From: a bacterium
GTDB taxonomy: Bacteria; SZUA-182; DTGQ01
Direction of reading: 5' to 3'
Length of the DNA stretch: 59,117 bases
Assembly (NCBI GenBank): GCA_040752695.1
Contig: JBFMGO010000002.1
Location: 82,664 to 141,780, forward strand
Positions 37,850-47,598 of this stretch are shown here, piece by piece. A model generated the notes under the pieces. The model had not been told where the DNA came from, ran no database searches, and saw nothing but the letters and a program-made list of their open reading frames with translations. Every line of letters begins with the position of its first letter. The first letter of the stretch is position 1. The position numbers were made by a program, and so were the translations under genes.

Positions 37850-38554
37850 TTAAAACCGGACAAGCAGCCGGGTTAGCAAACTGATCATCGGGTAAAATGT
37901 TCTGGACAAAATCCCGAGCTTATTATCGAATAAAATAATAACAAAAAGGATAATCAATCCAAATGGTTCGATTTTACTGTAGAATTCCGCCTGCTTTTGA
38001 GGCAGTATACCCACCAGAATTCTCCCCCCATCCGCCGGAGGAATGGGAATGAGGTTAAATAATCCCAGGACGATATTGATCTGAATGCTCGTCAAGCACA
38101 TCAGAGCCAATGGATAGAGGACCGAATGGCCGAGGTTTAACCGGTGAAGAAGCGGGGATTGTACGTGCATAAGGCCCGGATCGAGGAGGCTGAGCATTCG
38201 CAGCAAAATGGCACTCAGGACAGCCAGGGTGAAGTTCGTCATTGGCCCTGCTCCAGCTATCCAGATCATGTCTTTTCTCGGTTCTCTGAGGTTGTACGGA
38301 TTAATCGGCACCGGTTTGGCCCAGCCGAATAAAACGCCCGCATTGGTAACGAGCAAAACGATCGGCAGGATTATAGTTCCGAAGATATCGATGTGAGGAA
38401 TTGGATTCAGGGTCAGCCGTCCAGCGTGTTTAGCCGTGGGGTCTCCTAACCGGTTGGCAACCCATCCGTGACCGACTTCATGAAGAATGATTGCCAGGAG
38501 GACGGGAATAGCCGAAATACTGACGATTTTTATATAATACGCTATTGTTTCCAT
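37850..38554 (-). CDS. Site-2 protease family (M50) membrane metalloprotease
   Basis: HEVGH, GRLTLNP, AGP, FNLIPIPPADG. Confidence 0.95.
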   Translation of the reverse strand: METIAYYIKIVSISAIPVLLAIILHEVGHGWVANRLGDPTAKHAGRLTLNPIPHIDIFGTIILPIVLLVTNAGVLFGWAKPVPINPYNLREPRKDMIWIAGAGPMTNFTLAVLSAILLRMLSLLDPGLMHVQSPLLHRLNLGHSVLYPLALMCLTSIQINIVLGLFNLIPIPPADGGRILVGILPQKQAEFYSKIEPFGLIILFVIILFDNKLGILSRTFYPMISLLTRLLVRF

Positions 38555-38660
38555 ATTCTTTCATAAGGTTAATGTTAATATTATAGACGACCGTAGCGAT
38601 AGAGCCTTATGGCTTCGCTAAAGGCATCGGGACCAATGGTCGAGAAACATGTGCACAGGT

Positions 38661-41300
38661 CTATTTCGGTAAATCGGGGACTGGGGATTTTTGCTTCACA
38701 TAATCTACCTCATCTTGTCTGGTTTTGATCTCACCATCCAGTTTTGCCTCCAGGAGATTGTCCAGGATTTTCCTGAAGGCCGGACCGGGCCGATAACCCA
38801 TGCATTTTAAATCCTTGCCCGTCAGGTGAATTTCGGTTATCCTCAGGGTTGTCAGGTAATGGGAGATCCTCTTTTTTACCTCCTCGACAGGGCTCTTGGC
38901 CATGGCAAAAAGCAGCGGCTCGAGGCCGAAGGGCCGCAGCAGCCGGTAGATCTGGCTTGGCCTGGGCTGGGGAAGGGTAAGAAGGCTCTTTACTATTGTC
39001 TGATTCTTGACTTTGACCTGAAGGAGTCCTGGATAGTACCTCTGGCTTATCTCGAGCTTCCCGCACACGGCGGTGAATTCCTCCACGGTCAGTTGGTCGG
39101 TCAGACCTGTAAAATACAAAAACCACCTCCTCAAAGGGGGCTCAAGATACAGGAGCTGATACCAGTCGGACACCTTTTTGATTTCCTGCAAGAGCCGGTA
39201 GAGCTGCGCATCGATGTGAATGAGAGGATGAATGAATTGCAGAAGATTCAGCTCTCCCATCCTGCTGATGGCCCGGATTGGGTCTTCCTCCTGCAAGATG
39301 AGATAGATTTCGGTAAACATCCGGTATCCTTTCAGCTTGGTGAGTAAGTCCCTTTTAACCGTGTAGTTCAATAACCCAAGGGTATTTTTTCCGATCTTAA
39401 ATCCATACCGCTGCTCAAACCGTATGGCTCGAAAGATACGGGTAGGGTCTTCTATGAAGCTGAGACTGTGCAGTACCCGTATCTTTTTATCCTTTAGGTC
39501 TCTCTGACCGCCAAAAAAATCAATAAGATATCCAAACTTTTGCTTATTGAGCTGAATTGCCAGGGTATTGATGGTAAAATCCCGTCGGTACAGGTCATGT
39601 TTCAGAGAACTGAGTTCGACCCTGGGCAGGGCTACCGGCCGCTCGTAATATTCGGTTCTGGCAGTAGCCACATCCACCTTAAACCCGTCGGGAAAGACAA
39701 CCACCGCAGTTCCAAACCGCTGGTGGGCTTTCAGCCGTCCATGGACCTTCTCGGCCAGATATTCGGCAAAGAGAATGCCATTTCCTTCGATGACCAGATC
39801 GATATCGAAATTGCTGACCCGTAAAAGCAGGTCCCGGACAAATCCCCCGACAACGTAGGCCGAGACTCCAAGTTCGTCGGCAACCTGCCCTGCGGTCCGC
39901 AGTATGGACAATACATGATCGGGAAGCTGCTCGTGGAGGAGGAGTCCCGCGTTTTTGGGATGAGACTCACCGGGAGAGCGGAGCCTCTGGTCAAGTGACG
40001 ACAGGTACAGCATATGATCGTGCATCGCCCGCAAAAGGTCGCTCTTGGTAATGACTCCGACCAGATGCCCGCTTTGCAGGACCGGAAGAAATCTCTGGTT
40101 ACTCTCGATCATGTACTCGCGGATCTGGTCGATGCCGGTCTCCTCGTCAACGGTGGCAAAATCGGTTTGCATGAAGTCCCGAACCATCGACGCTTGCATG
40201 CCGTGCCTGATCGCCTTGTCAATCGTGTGACTGCTCATGAGGCCAGCCAGTCTTCCTTCCTGATTCATGACCGGCAGGTTGCTGACGTTGTACCGGCTCA
40301 ACGACTGCTTTCCCTGCGCGATAGTATAGGTTTCCGGAATGGTTTTGGCTGGCGAACTCATGATGTCCCGCGCGGTTACGGCTGGCTTCACCCGCTGGCG
40401 GAGCAGGCCGATCAGGGCCTCCTTGACCTGGATCAGGGGCTTGTCTCTGATGGTTGCGGAAGCGGCATAATGGTGTCCGCCTCCTCCGAAAAAATAGGCC
40501 ACCTCACCGACATCCACTCCGGCAATCCTGCTGCGGCCCACCAGGTGAACACGGCTGTCCATCTGGACCAGGAGAAAGAGGACATCCAGATTTTCTATGT
40601 CGCGAATCTTATGGGCCAGGATAGCTACATCTGAAATGTAGCGATCTATGAAAGCTGAAGCGATGAGTATGTCGGTGCCGTGAATGGTGTATCTTTCCAT
40701 GGATTGCAGGAGGATGTTGAGAAGCCAGATCTGCTCCGGAGTAAGATTGCGGTTGATCAGATCAGAAATCACACTGAGGTTCGCGCCGCAGGAGAGCAGA
40801 TAGGCAACGGCCAGAAGGTCCTCCTGGGTGGTGGAGGCGAAGGTCAAAAATCCCGTATCTTCATAGATGCCAAGGGCCAGCATGGTTGCCTCGTGAGGAG
40901 ACACCGTGATTTTCCTCTGGCGAAAGAGTTCCACGAAAATGGTCGTGGTTGAACCATACGGTTTGACCACTTCCAAAGCCCCCTTTAAGTCCCCGCTCTG
41001 GCTGGGATGATGGTCGTAAATATGAATGGTAAGACCTGGACGGCCAAGAATTTTGGCAAAATCTCCGATCCGGTCGGCCAGTCTGGTATCGACCAGGATT
41101 AAAAGCTCCACTTCTTCCATCGGGATATCCCTGACTTTAAGGCAGGGAACCTGATAGGCCGGCATTTTCAGCAGAAGACGAAGATTCGCCTCCAGAGAGC
41201 CTGGAAAAACTATCCTGGCCTCAGGATACAGTTTGCGGGCAGCGATCATGGAAGCCAGAGAGTCAAAATCTGAGTTGATATGGGTAGTAATAACCTGCAT
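38661..41300 (-). CDS. DHH-CBS-class II tRNA nucleotidyltransferase (CCA- or A-adding)
   Basis: DFD, DHH and GGGH; CBS pair; VGGFVRD..DIDL, RRDFTIN, EDPTR. Confidence 0.92.
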   Translation of the reverse strand: MQVITTHINSDFDSLASMIAARKLYPEARIVFPGSLEANLRLLLKMPAYQVPCLKVRDIPMEEVELLILVDTRLADRIGDFAKILGRPGLTIHIYDHHPSQSGDLKGALEVVKPYGSTTTIFVELFRQRKITVSPHEATMLALGIYEDTGFLTFASTTQEDLLAVAYLLSCGANLSVISDLINRNLTPEQIWLLNILLQSMERYTIHGTDILIASAFIDRYISDVAILAHKIRDIENLDVLFLLVQMDSRVHLVGRSRIAGVDVGEVAYFFGGGGHHYAASATIRDKPLIQVKEALIGLLRQRVKPAVTARDIMSSPAKTIPETYTIAQGKQSLSRYNVSNLPVMNQEGRLAGLMSSHTIDKAIRHGMQASMVRDFMQTDFATVDEETGIDQIREYMIESNQRFLPVLQSGHLVGVITKSDLLRAMHDHMLYLSSLDQRLRSPGESHPKNAGLLLHEQLPDHVLSILRTAGQVADELGVSAYVVGGFVRDLLLRVSNFDIDLVIEGNGILFAEYLAEKVHGRLKAHQRFGTAVVVFPDGFKVDVATARTEYYERPVALPRVELSSLKHDLYRRDFTINTLAIQLNKQKFGYLIDFFGGQRDLKDKKIRVLHSLSFIEDPTRIFRAIRFEQRYGFKIGKNTLGLLNYTVKRDLLTKLKGYRMFTEIYLILQEEDPIRAISRMGELNLLQFIHPLIHIDAQLYRLLQEIKKVSDWYQLLYLEPPLRRWFLYFTGLTDQLTVEEFTAVCGKLEISQRYYPGLLQVKVKNQTIVKSLLTLPQPRPSQIYRLLRPFGLEPLLFAMAKSPVEEVKKRISHYLTTLRITEIHLTGKDLKCMGYRPGPAFRKILDNLLEAKLDGEIKTRQDEVDYVKQKSPVPDLPK

Positions 41301-42214
41301 TAATCCTCGAAATCCTCAAAATTGGTAATTTCCCGGAGCTTCCGGTAGCGTTGGTAAATTTCTCCCTCATCGAGGCTGGCCAGCCGCTCCAGGCTGAACG
41401 TCTCCACGGCAAAGGAGGCCATGACGCTGCCAAAGATTACGGCACGCTTGACATTTTCCGTATCAATGTCTTTCGTCTTGGCTAAAAACCCCATGAATCC
41501 TCCGGCAAAGCTGTCACCAGCTCCAGTCGGATCGAAAACCGTTTCCAGGGGATAGGCAGGCGCAATGAAAATGGAATGGTTATGGAAAGTCAACGACCCA
41601 TACTCACCCCTCTTGACAATCAAAGCCTTCGGCCCCCAGGACAATATCGTGCGCGCTGCCTTGAAAACATTGGCTTCCTGAGCGAACTGCCTGGCCTCTC
41701 CCTCGTTAATGACCAGAATATCGATGTCTTTCAACAAAGACCTTAAGGATTCGTTTTTCCGCTCGATCCAAAAATTCATGGTGTCGGAGGCTGCAAACCG
41801 GGGCTGCTCGATCTGGTGCAGTACCGATTTTTGCAGGTCCGGATCGATATTGGCCAAAAATACGAATCCCTTCCCCTTGTGATTGTCCATCAGGGTTGGA
41901 CTGAAGTGCTCGAATACATTGAGGTGAGTATTGATCGTTTCCGCCTCGTTAAGATCGAACCCGTACCTTCCCACCCAGCGGAAAGTGTTTCCGGTGGACC
42001 TGGTCAGACCGGAGGTATCTATCCCCCTCTTTTCCAGGAGCTCGATGTGTTTTTGCGGGAAATCCTCTCCAACGACAGCCACCAGGGACACATCGGTAAA
42101 GTAGCTGGCAGCACAGGAAAAATAGATGGCCGACCCTCCCAGAGCCTCCTGCGTTTTTCCGAAAGGCGTCTCGATGGTATCCAGGGCAACGGAACCGACA
42201 ACTAAAAGACTCAT
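41300..42214 (-). CDS. PfkB-family carbohydrate/nucleoside kinase
   Basis: LGGSA, DPTGAGDSFAGG. Confidence 0.93.
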   Translation of the reverse strand: MSLLVVGSVALDTIETPFGKTQEALGGSAIYFSCAASYFTDVSLVAVVGEDFPQKHIELLEKRGIDTSGLTRSTGNTFRWVGRYGFDLNEAETINTHLNVFEHFSPTLMDNHKGKGFVFLANIDPDLQKSVLHQIEQPRFAASDTMNFWIERKNESLRSLLKDIDILVINEGEARQFAQEANVFKAARTILSWGPKALIVKRGEYGSLTFHNHSIFIAPAYPLETVFDPTGAGDSFAGGFMGFLAKTKDIDTENVKRAVIFGSVMASFAVETFSLERLASLDEGEIYQRYRKLREITNFEDFED

Positions 42215-42608
42215 GATAACTTTTCCCCCTTTGTGTATGCGATGCGTACACGTGAATGTATACACAAACGAATATTATATTGATACATATTATGAATGAT
42301 CATTATAGACCGCATCAGATTGAAAGACAAATGGCAAAAATAAGAGAGCGGCCTGACCTGATAATACCGTTCCCCTTGTATAGTATCATGATTTTAGAGA
42401 TAACTGAAGAGAACAATTCGTAACCCCTCGTTTTACCTGCAAGGCGGCGGGATGGGGGAAGGGGTGGGTGGCGCAAGGCAGTATCCCTGCAAGTTTGTCT
42501 TTGCAAATCCTGGACTTATCGCTTGCAGATAATGCTCTCTTATGATAATGTTAGGAACAGTCTTTCCATATAAACTTGAGACTGGTAGATAGAATGGTAT
42601 AAATTACT

Positions 42609-43940
42609 ATGTCAGATCAAAAAGAAAAAATATTTATTCTTGATACCAACGTTATCCTCCATGACAGCTCCTGCATCTATCAATTTCAGGAGCACGATAT
42701 CCTCATTCCGATCACTGTCCTGGAGGAACTCGACCATTTTAAAAAGGGCAACGAGACACTGAACTTTCATGCCCGCGAGTTTGTGCGTGCGCTGGATTCA
42801 CTCAGCGGCGATATGCTCTTCAACACAGGCGTCAGGATTGGCCCGAATCGCGGCAAGATCAGTATCAGGCTGGAGCAGGAATTCCATCAGGATCTGGTTC
42901 TCAATTTCCCCGACCATAAACCGGACCACCGTATTTTGAATACAGCCTATAACCTGGCCAGAGAAAACCCTTCCAAGCAGGTCATCCTGGTGTCCAAAGA
43001 TGTCAATCTGCGGATGAAAGCCAAATCCATCGGCCTCATGGCCCAGGATTACAGAAATGACCACGTGAAAGATGTCTCGGCACTTTATACCGGCCACCGG
43101 ATCGAAGAGAATGTTTCCAATCATCTTCTTACGATGATGCACTCGGTGCCTTTTGAAATCGATGCCTCCGAACTGGATCTTGCAAGGCCGCTTTGGCCGA
43201 ACGAGTTTCTCATTCTGCGCAACGGGAAAAAGTCCGCTCTTGGCATCTATGATTCAGTTGCGCAAAAAGTCAAGCGCGTCGACAAGATTGCTGCCTATGG
43301 GATTAATCCGCGCAATGCCGAGCAGACCTTTGCCCTGAATGCCCTTTTGAACACCGATATTCAACTGGTAAGTATTACGGGGAAGGCAGGCACAGGCAAA
43401 ACCCTGCTGGCTCTGGCATCGGCCCTGGAGAGGAAAAAATTTTATCAGCGCATCTTCCTTGCCCGTCCAGTCGTACCCTTAAGCAACAAGGACATAGGCT
43501 ATCTTCCCGGTGATATCCATTCCAAGCTGGACCCTTATATGCAACCGCTCTACGATAACCTTGGCGTAATTCAGAACCAGTTTTCGGAGTCGGACAAAAA
43601 ACATCGCCTGATCAAGGAACTTCTGGACAACGAAAAACTGGTAATATCGCCGCTCGCCTATATCCGGGGACGCAGCCTGGTGAAAATTTACTTCATCGTG
43701 GATGAAGCCCAGAACCTGACTCCCCACGAAATCAAAACAATTATTACCAGGGCGGGCGAAGGTACAAAAATCGTGTTCACGGGTGATATTTTCCAGATCG
43801 ATCATCCTTACCTGAACACCCAGTCCAATGGTTTAAGCCACCTTATCGAGAAGATGCAGGGCCAGAGAATCTATGCCCATATTAACCTTGAAAAAGGGGA
43901 ACGATCGGAATTGGCGGAACTGGCCAGTAACCTTTTGTAG
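42609..43940 (+). CDS. PIN-PhoH (PhoH2-type) ATPase/RNase
   Basis: LDTNV PIN motif; GKAGTGKT; GYLPG; RGRS; DEAQN; GDIFQID. Confidence 0.95.
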   Translation: MSDQKEKIFILDTNVILHDSSCIYQFQEHDILIPITVLEELDHFKKGNETLNFHAREFVRALDSLSGDMLFNTGVRIGPNRGKISIRLEQEFHQDLVLNFPDHKPDHRILNTAYNLARENPSKQVILVSKDVNLRMKAKSIGLMAQDYRNDHVKDVSALYTGHRIEENVSNHLLTMMHSVPFEIDASELDLARPLWPNEFLILRNGKKSALGIYDSVAQKVKRVDKIAAYGINPRNAEQTFALNALLNTDIQLVSITGKAGTGKTLLALASALERKKFYQRIFLARPVVPLSNKDIGYLPGDIHSKLDPYMQPLYDNLGVIQNQFSESDKKHRLIKELLDNEKLVISPLAYIRGRSLVKIYFIVDEAQNLTPHEIKTIITRAGEGTKIVFTGDIFQIDHPYLNTQSNGLSHLIEKMQGQRIYAHINLEKGERSELAELASNLL

Positions 43941-43965
43941 GAGCAGGAGCATGTGCCGCCATACC

Positions 43966-43994
43966 TTGACAATTTCTTGATTCCTTTCTATCAT
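43966..43994 (+). promoter_or_regulatory. Sigma-70 promoter
   Basis: TTGACA-N17-TATCAT. Confidence 0.7.
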
Positions 43995-44068
43995 TTACCT
44001 AGTAAGCGAGAATAGATCTTGATGAAGATTCGGCTTTTTCCCTTGACAGTGTGAAAAAAAACAAGCGT

Positions 44069-44180
44069 ATGAAGTGTGAAGAAATAAAGTGTGTGAAGGG
44101 ATGAAATGTGAAGCGTTAAGGGACGAAGTGTGAAGGGATGGAGTATGAAGTGTGAAGGGATGAAGGATAAAGGGATGAAG
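44069..44180. repeat. 7/8-bp repeat array (tgtgaag/ggatgaag) in the 5' leader
   Basis: Periodic tgaag units. Confidence 0.8.
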
Positions 44181-47100
44181 AAAAATGCACGTATTTCTCA
44201 ACTGATTTTGACACTGTTTTTCCTCTCAGGATTTTGTGGCCTGCTTTATGAAATTACCTGGACCCGTTTAATCAGCATCATTTTGGGCAACTCCACGGAC
44301 GCCATCTCCGTCACTCTGGCCGCCTTCATGGGGGGAATGGCCATTGGCGGATATGCAGGAGGGAAGGCGGCCGATCGACGAGCAGCCAACCCCCTTCGCC
44401 TCTATGGGATACTGGAAGGTCTGGTGGCCCTGTATGCCCTTTTTCTCCCGTTTGTGCTTCGATCAACCAGGCCGCTTTTGGCATCCTTTTATCAGAACGC
44501 CCAGACTGATCACATCACTATGGTCGCGGTCAGGTTTGCGATCTGCTTTGTGGTTTTAGTTATCCCGACCGCACTCTTTGGTGCTATGATTCCTGTGCTC
44601 AGCAAGTTCCTGGTTCGTCAATTCGATCAGCTCAGCGGCGTGGTGGGAAAGCTGTACGGGCTGAATCTGCTTGGCTCCACCCTGGGTGCCCTGGCCACCG
44701 GCTTGTGGCTGATTCCAAATCTGGGAGTCAGTAAAACGATTTACCTGGCTGTCCTGATCGAGTGTCTCATCTGCGGCTGGGTGCTTGCCTTGAGCAGAAG
44801 CGTGAGTGAAGCAGCCGATGCAGCCGGAACCAACCAGACAGCCGGAACCACCGATGCAGCCGAAGACGCGGACAAAGAACCAGCCGAAGCAACCGGAGCG
44901 ACGGCATCAGCATCCCGGTCGGCGCAGGATGCGGTGGCACCTGAGCGAAAGAGCTCATCTTCATTGTTCATTCTTCTTGGCATGGCCCTCTCAGGATGCC
45001 TGGCCATGATCTACGAAGTTACCTGGACGCGGGCTGTCATTATGATAATCGGATCTACAGTGTATGCTTTCAGCGTTATACTGGCCGCCTTCATCGGCGG
45101 GCTGGCCCTGGGGAGCCTCTTTTTGGCCAGGCTCTTTGACAAAAGGAAAGATCTTGCCCTGATCTTTGGTCTGATCGAGATCGGAGTCGGCGGATCTGCG
45201 CTCTCCCTTGCGCCATTCTTTGAAAAGCTGTCCCTGATCGTGATTCCGGTATTCTCTGTTTTCGGCACCAGCTTTGCCGCTTTGCAGGCCATGGAATTAT
45301 TCGGGCTCTTTCTTTTGATGCTCCTTCCATCCCTGATGCTTGGAGCGCTCTTTCCCCTTTTGTCCACCATGTATACCAGGAGCATAAGCCGGCTGGGCGG
45401 AGGGGTCGGCTCCACCTTTATGGCCAACAGTCTTGGTGCCATTGCGGGAGTCATCGTCAGCGGGTTGATACTGATCCCCGCCATTGGCATTCAAAAGACT
45501 ATCCTGGCTGCTGCCCTGATCAATGTCCTGCTTGGATCGATTGCTCTTCTTTTTTCTCCCTCCCTCTCCATAGTCAAAAAATCGGTGGCTATTCCTCTGG
45601 CCGTGGGATGCACCCTGCTTTTATGCATTACCCAGCCGGAGTGGAACAAGGCACTGGTTTCGGGTGGGCCGTATATCTACAGCCGAATCTACGCCAGTCT
45701 GAACCGGGAGCCTGGCAAATCCTTAAGCGAAATCATCCAGAGCCAGGCGGACCTTCTTTTTTATCAGGAGGATGCCCAGACTACGGTTTCAGTAAAGAAG
45801 GATAAGGCAGGGCAGGTTTTCCTGCAATTGAATGGCAAGACCGATGCCTCCTCCAAGGAAGATGAATGCACGCAGCGCCTTTTGGCTCACATCCCTCTTT
45901 TGCTTCACTCAAACCCCAGGGAAGTAATGGTGCTGGGCCTGGGTAGCGGCATGACCATAAGTGCTGCGGAAAAATACCCGGTCGAGCATCTGGATTGCCT
46001 GGAGATTTCTCCTGCCGTGCTCAAGGCGTGCGCCGCCTGTTTCAATGACCTGAACGGCCGTGCGCTGGAAGATCCAAGGCTCAGGGTCGTGATCGGAGAT
46101 GGCAGGGAACATCTTGCCCTGACTGACCAAAAGTATGATCTGATCATCTCCCAGCCATCCAGCCCCTGGATTGCCGGTATGGCCGGGCTCCTTACCCGGG
46201 ACTTTTTTCAGCTTTGTAAAGAGCGGCTCAAGGAGCATGGCATCTTATGCATCTGGCTCCAAACCTACAACATGGACCTGGACAGCTCAAAAAGCGTGGT
46301 CAAAGCCTTCGAGCAGGTTTTCCCCCGTATGTCTGTCTGGGAGGCAAGGCCCGGTGTAGACTACCTTCTTTTGGGCGGCCCTGATGGTATCGAACTGGAT
46401 TACCGGCTTTTGCAGCAAAAAATGGCTGACGAAAGCCTGGAATTGAAAGCCGTTGGCCTGAAAAAACCGGTTGACCTTATGGCCCGTTTCGTCATGAACG
46501 AGGCAGGGGTAAAACGCTTCGCGGAAAAAGCAATCCCGCACACGGATGATAATTCCTTTCTGGAATTTAAAACACCGAAATTTCTGTACCGGGAAAACAT
46601 GAATGCCCAGTTGGCGGCTCTGAACGCCCTGCGCGGAGTAGACCTTGCATCCTTGTTGACGGTTGTCCCTGATGCAGAGGCAGGCAGCCTGACAGAATCC
46701 CTCCCGAAAACCTTCGAGGCCCAAAAACACTATGCCCTAGGGGAGATGTATCTGCTCAAGAATATGCAGGAAGAGGGTGCCAGAGAGCTGAGAGAAGCCT
46801 ACCTCCTGGCCCCCGATGATACGAGAATCAAGGAGAAATACTACCGCCTCCTTTTGACTACCGCAGCCAATTGCAGTGTTAAGGGAATGCACGAGGTAGC
46901 TGCCCAGATCCTTCAGGCCGCCATTAAAGTTAACCCGGATGGAGCCGAAGGGTACCTGAATCTGGGGCTGGCCTATTTCCATAGCAGCCAGTTTCAGGCA
47001 GCCATAGAGCAGTTTCGGGCTGCTCTTACCGTACAGCCGGGCAATTTTCAGGCACACCTTAACCTTGCTGCCGCCTACCTTCGGACAGGACGCATGGAAG

Positions 47101-47408
47101 AATCCATTCAGGAAAATCTGGCTGCACTTCAAATCAAGCCGGATCTGGTGAACGCCCACTTTAATCTGGGCATAGCCTATATGAGAACAAACCGCGTCAG
47201 CCAGGCCATTGCAGAATACCAGGATGCCCTGAAATACCAGCCGGATTATGCCGAAGCCCACTTTAACCTGGGCATAGCCTATCAGACCGCAGGAGCTCTG
47301 GATCAGGCTGCCAGGGAATACGAGGAAACGCTCCGCCTCAAACCGGACATCCCCAATGTCAGGCAACTCCTGGATCAGGTCAATACGCACTTGATGTATG
47401 GCAGATGA
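44175..47408 (+). CDS. Fused multi-TM / spermidine-synthase-like protein with C-terminal TPRs
   Basis: SGFCGLLYEITW motif duplicated; LNGKTDAS, LGLGSG, GDGR, YDLIISQPS; TPRs (AHFNLG). Confidence 0.9.
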   Translation: MKKNARISQLILTLFFLSGFCGLLYEITWTRLISIILGNSTDAISVTLAAFMGGMAIGGYAGGKAADRRAANPLRLYGILEGLVALYALFLPFVLRSTRPLLASFYQNAQTDHITMVAVRFAICFVVLVIPTALFGAMIPVLSKFLVRQFDQLSGVVGKLYGLNLLGSTLGALATGLWLIPNLGVSKTIYLAVLIECLICGWVLALSRSVSEAADAAGTNQTAGTTDAAEDADKEPAEATGATASASRSAQDAVAPERKSSSSLFILLGMALSGCLAMIYEVTWTRAVIMIIGSTVYAFSVILAAFIGGLALGSLFLARLFDKRKDLALIFGLIEIGVGGSALSLAPFFEKLSLIVIPVFSVFGTSFAALQAMELFGLFLLMLLPSLMLGALFPLLSTMYTRSISRLGGGVGSTFMANSLGAIAGVIVSGLILIPAIGIQKTILAAALINVLLGSIALLFSPSLSIVKKSVAIPLAVGCTLLLCITQPEWNKALVSGGPYIYSRIYASLNREPGKSLSEIIQSQADLLFYQEDAQTTVSVKKDKAGQVFLQLNGKTDASSKEDECTQRLLAHIPLLLHSNPREVMVLGLGSGMTISAAEKYPVEHLDCLEISPAVLKACAACFNDLNGRALEDPRLRVVIGDGREHLALTDQKYDLIISQPSSPWIAGMAGLLTRDFFQLCKERLKEHGILCIWLQTYNMDLDSSKSVVKAFEQVFPRMSVWEARPGVDYLLLGGPDGIELDYRLLQQKMADESLELKAVGLKKPVDLMARFVMNEAGVKRFAEKAIPHTDDNSFLEFKTPKFLYRENMNAQLAALNALRGVDLASLLTVVPDAEAGSLTESLPKTFEAQKHYALGEMYLLKNMQEEGARELREAYLLAPDDTRIKEKYYRLLLTTAANCSVKGMHEVAAQILQAAIKVNPDGAEGYLNLGLAYFHSSQFQAAIEQFRAALTVQPGNFQAHLNLAAAYLRTGRMEESIQENLAALQIKPDLVNAHFNLGIAYMRTNRVSQAIAEYQDALKYQPDYAEAHFNLGIAYQTAGALDQAAREYEETLRLKPDIPNVRQLLDQVNTHLMYGR

Positions 47409-47409
47409 T

Positions 47410-47560
47410 GCGGGTGATTTGGATGTTGAATTCCGGGTGATTGGATGCTGAATGCCGGCTGGTTGGATTGGAGGCTAAGTGCAGGGGGATCGGATGCTGA
47501 ATGCTGAGCGCTGAGTGCCGGAGGCTGGATGTTCGATACCGGGTGCCGGCATCCGGCACC
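47410..47560. repeat. Degenerate heptamer array (tggatgc/tgaatgc/cggatac)
   Basis: 7-bp periodicity in the intergenic spacer. Confidence 0.8.
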
Positions 47561-47598
47561 CGTGGCAAGTAAAGGGGGATGCTGAAAAGCCGTAAATT

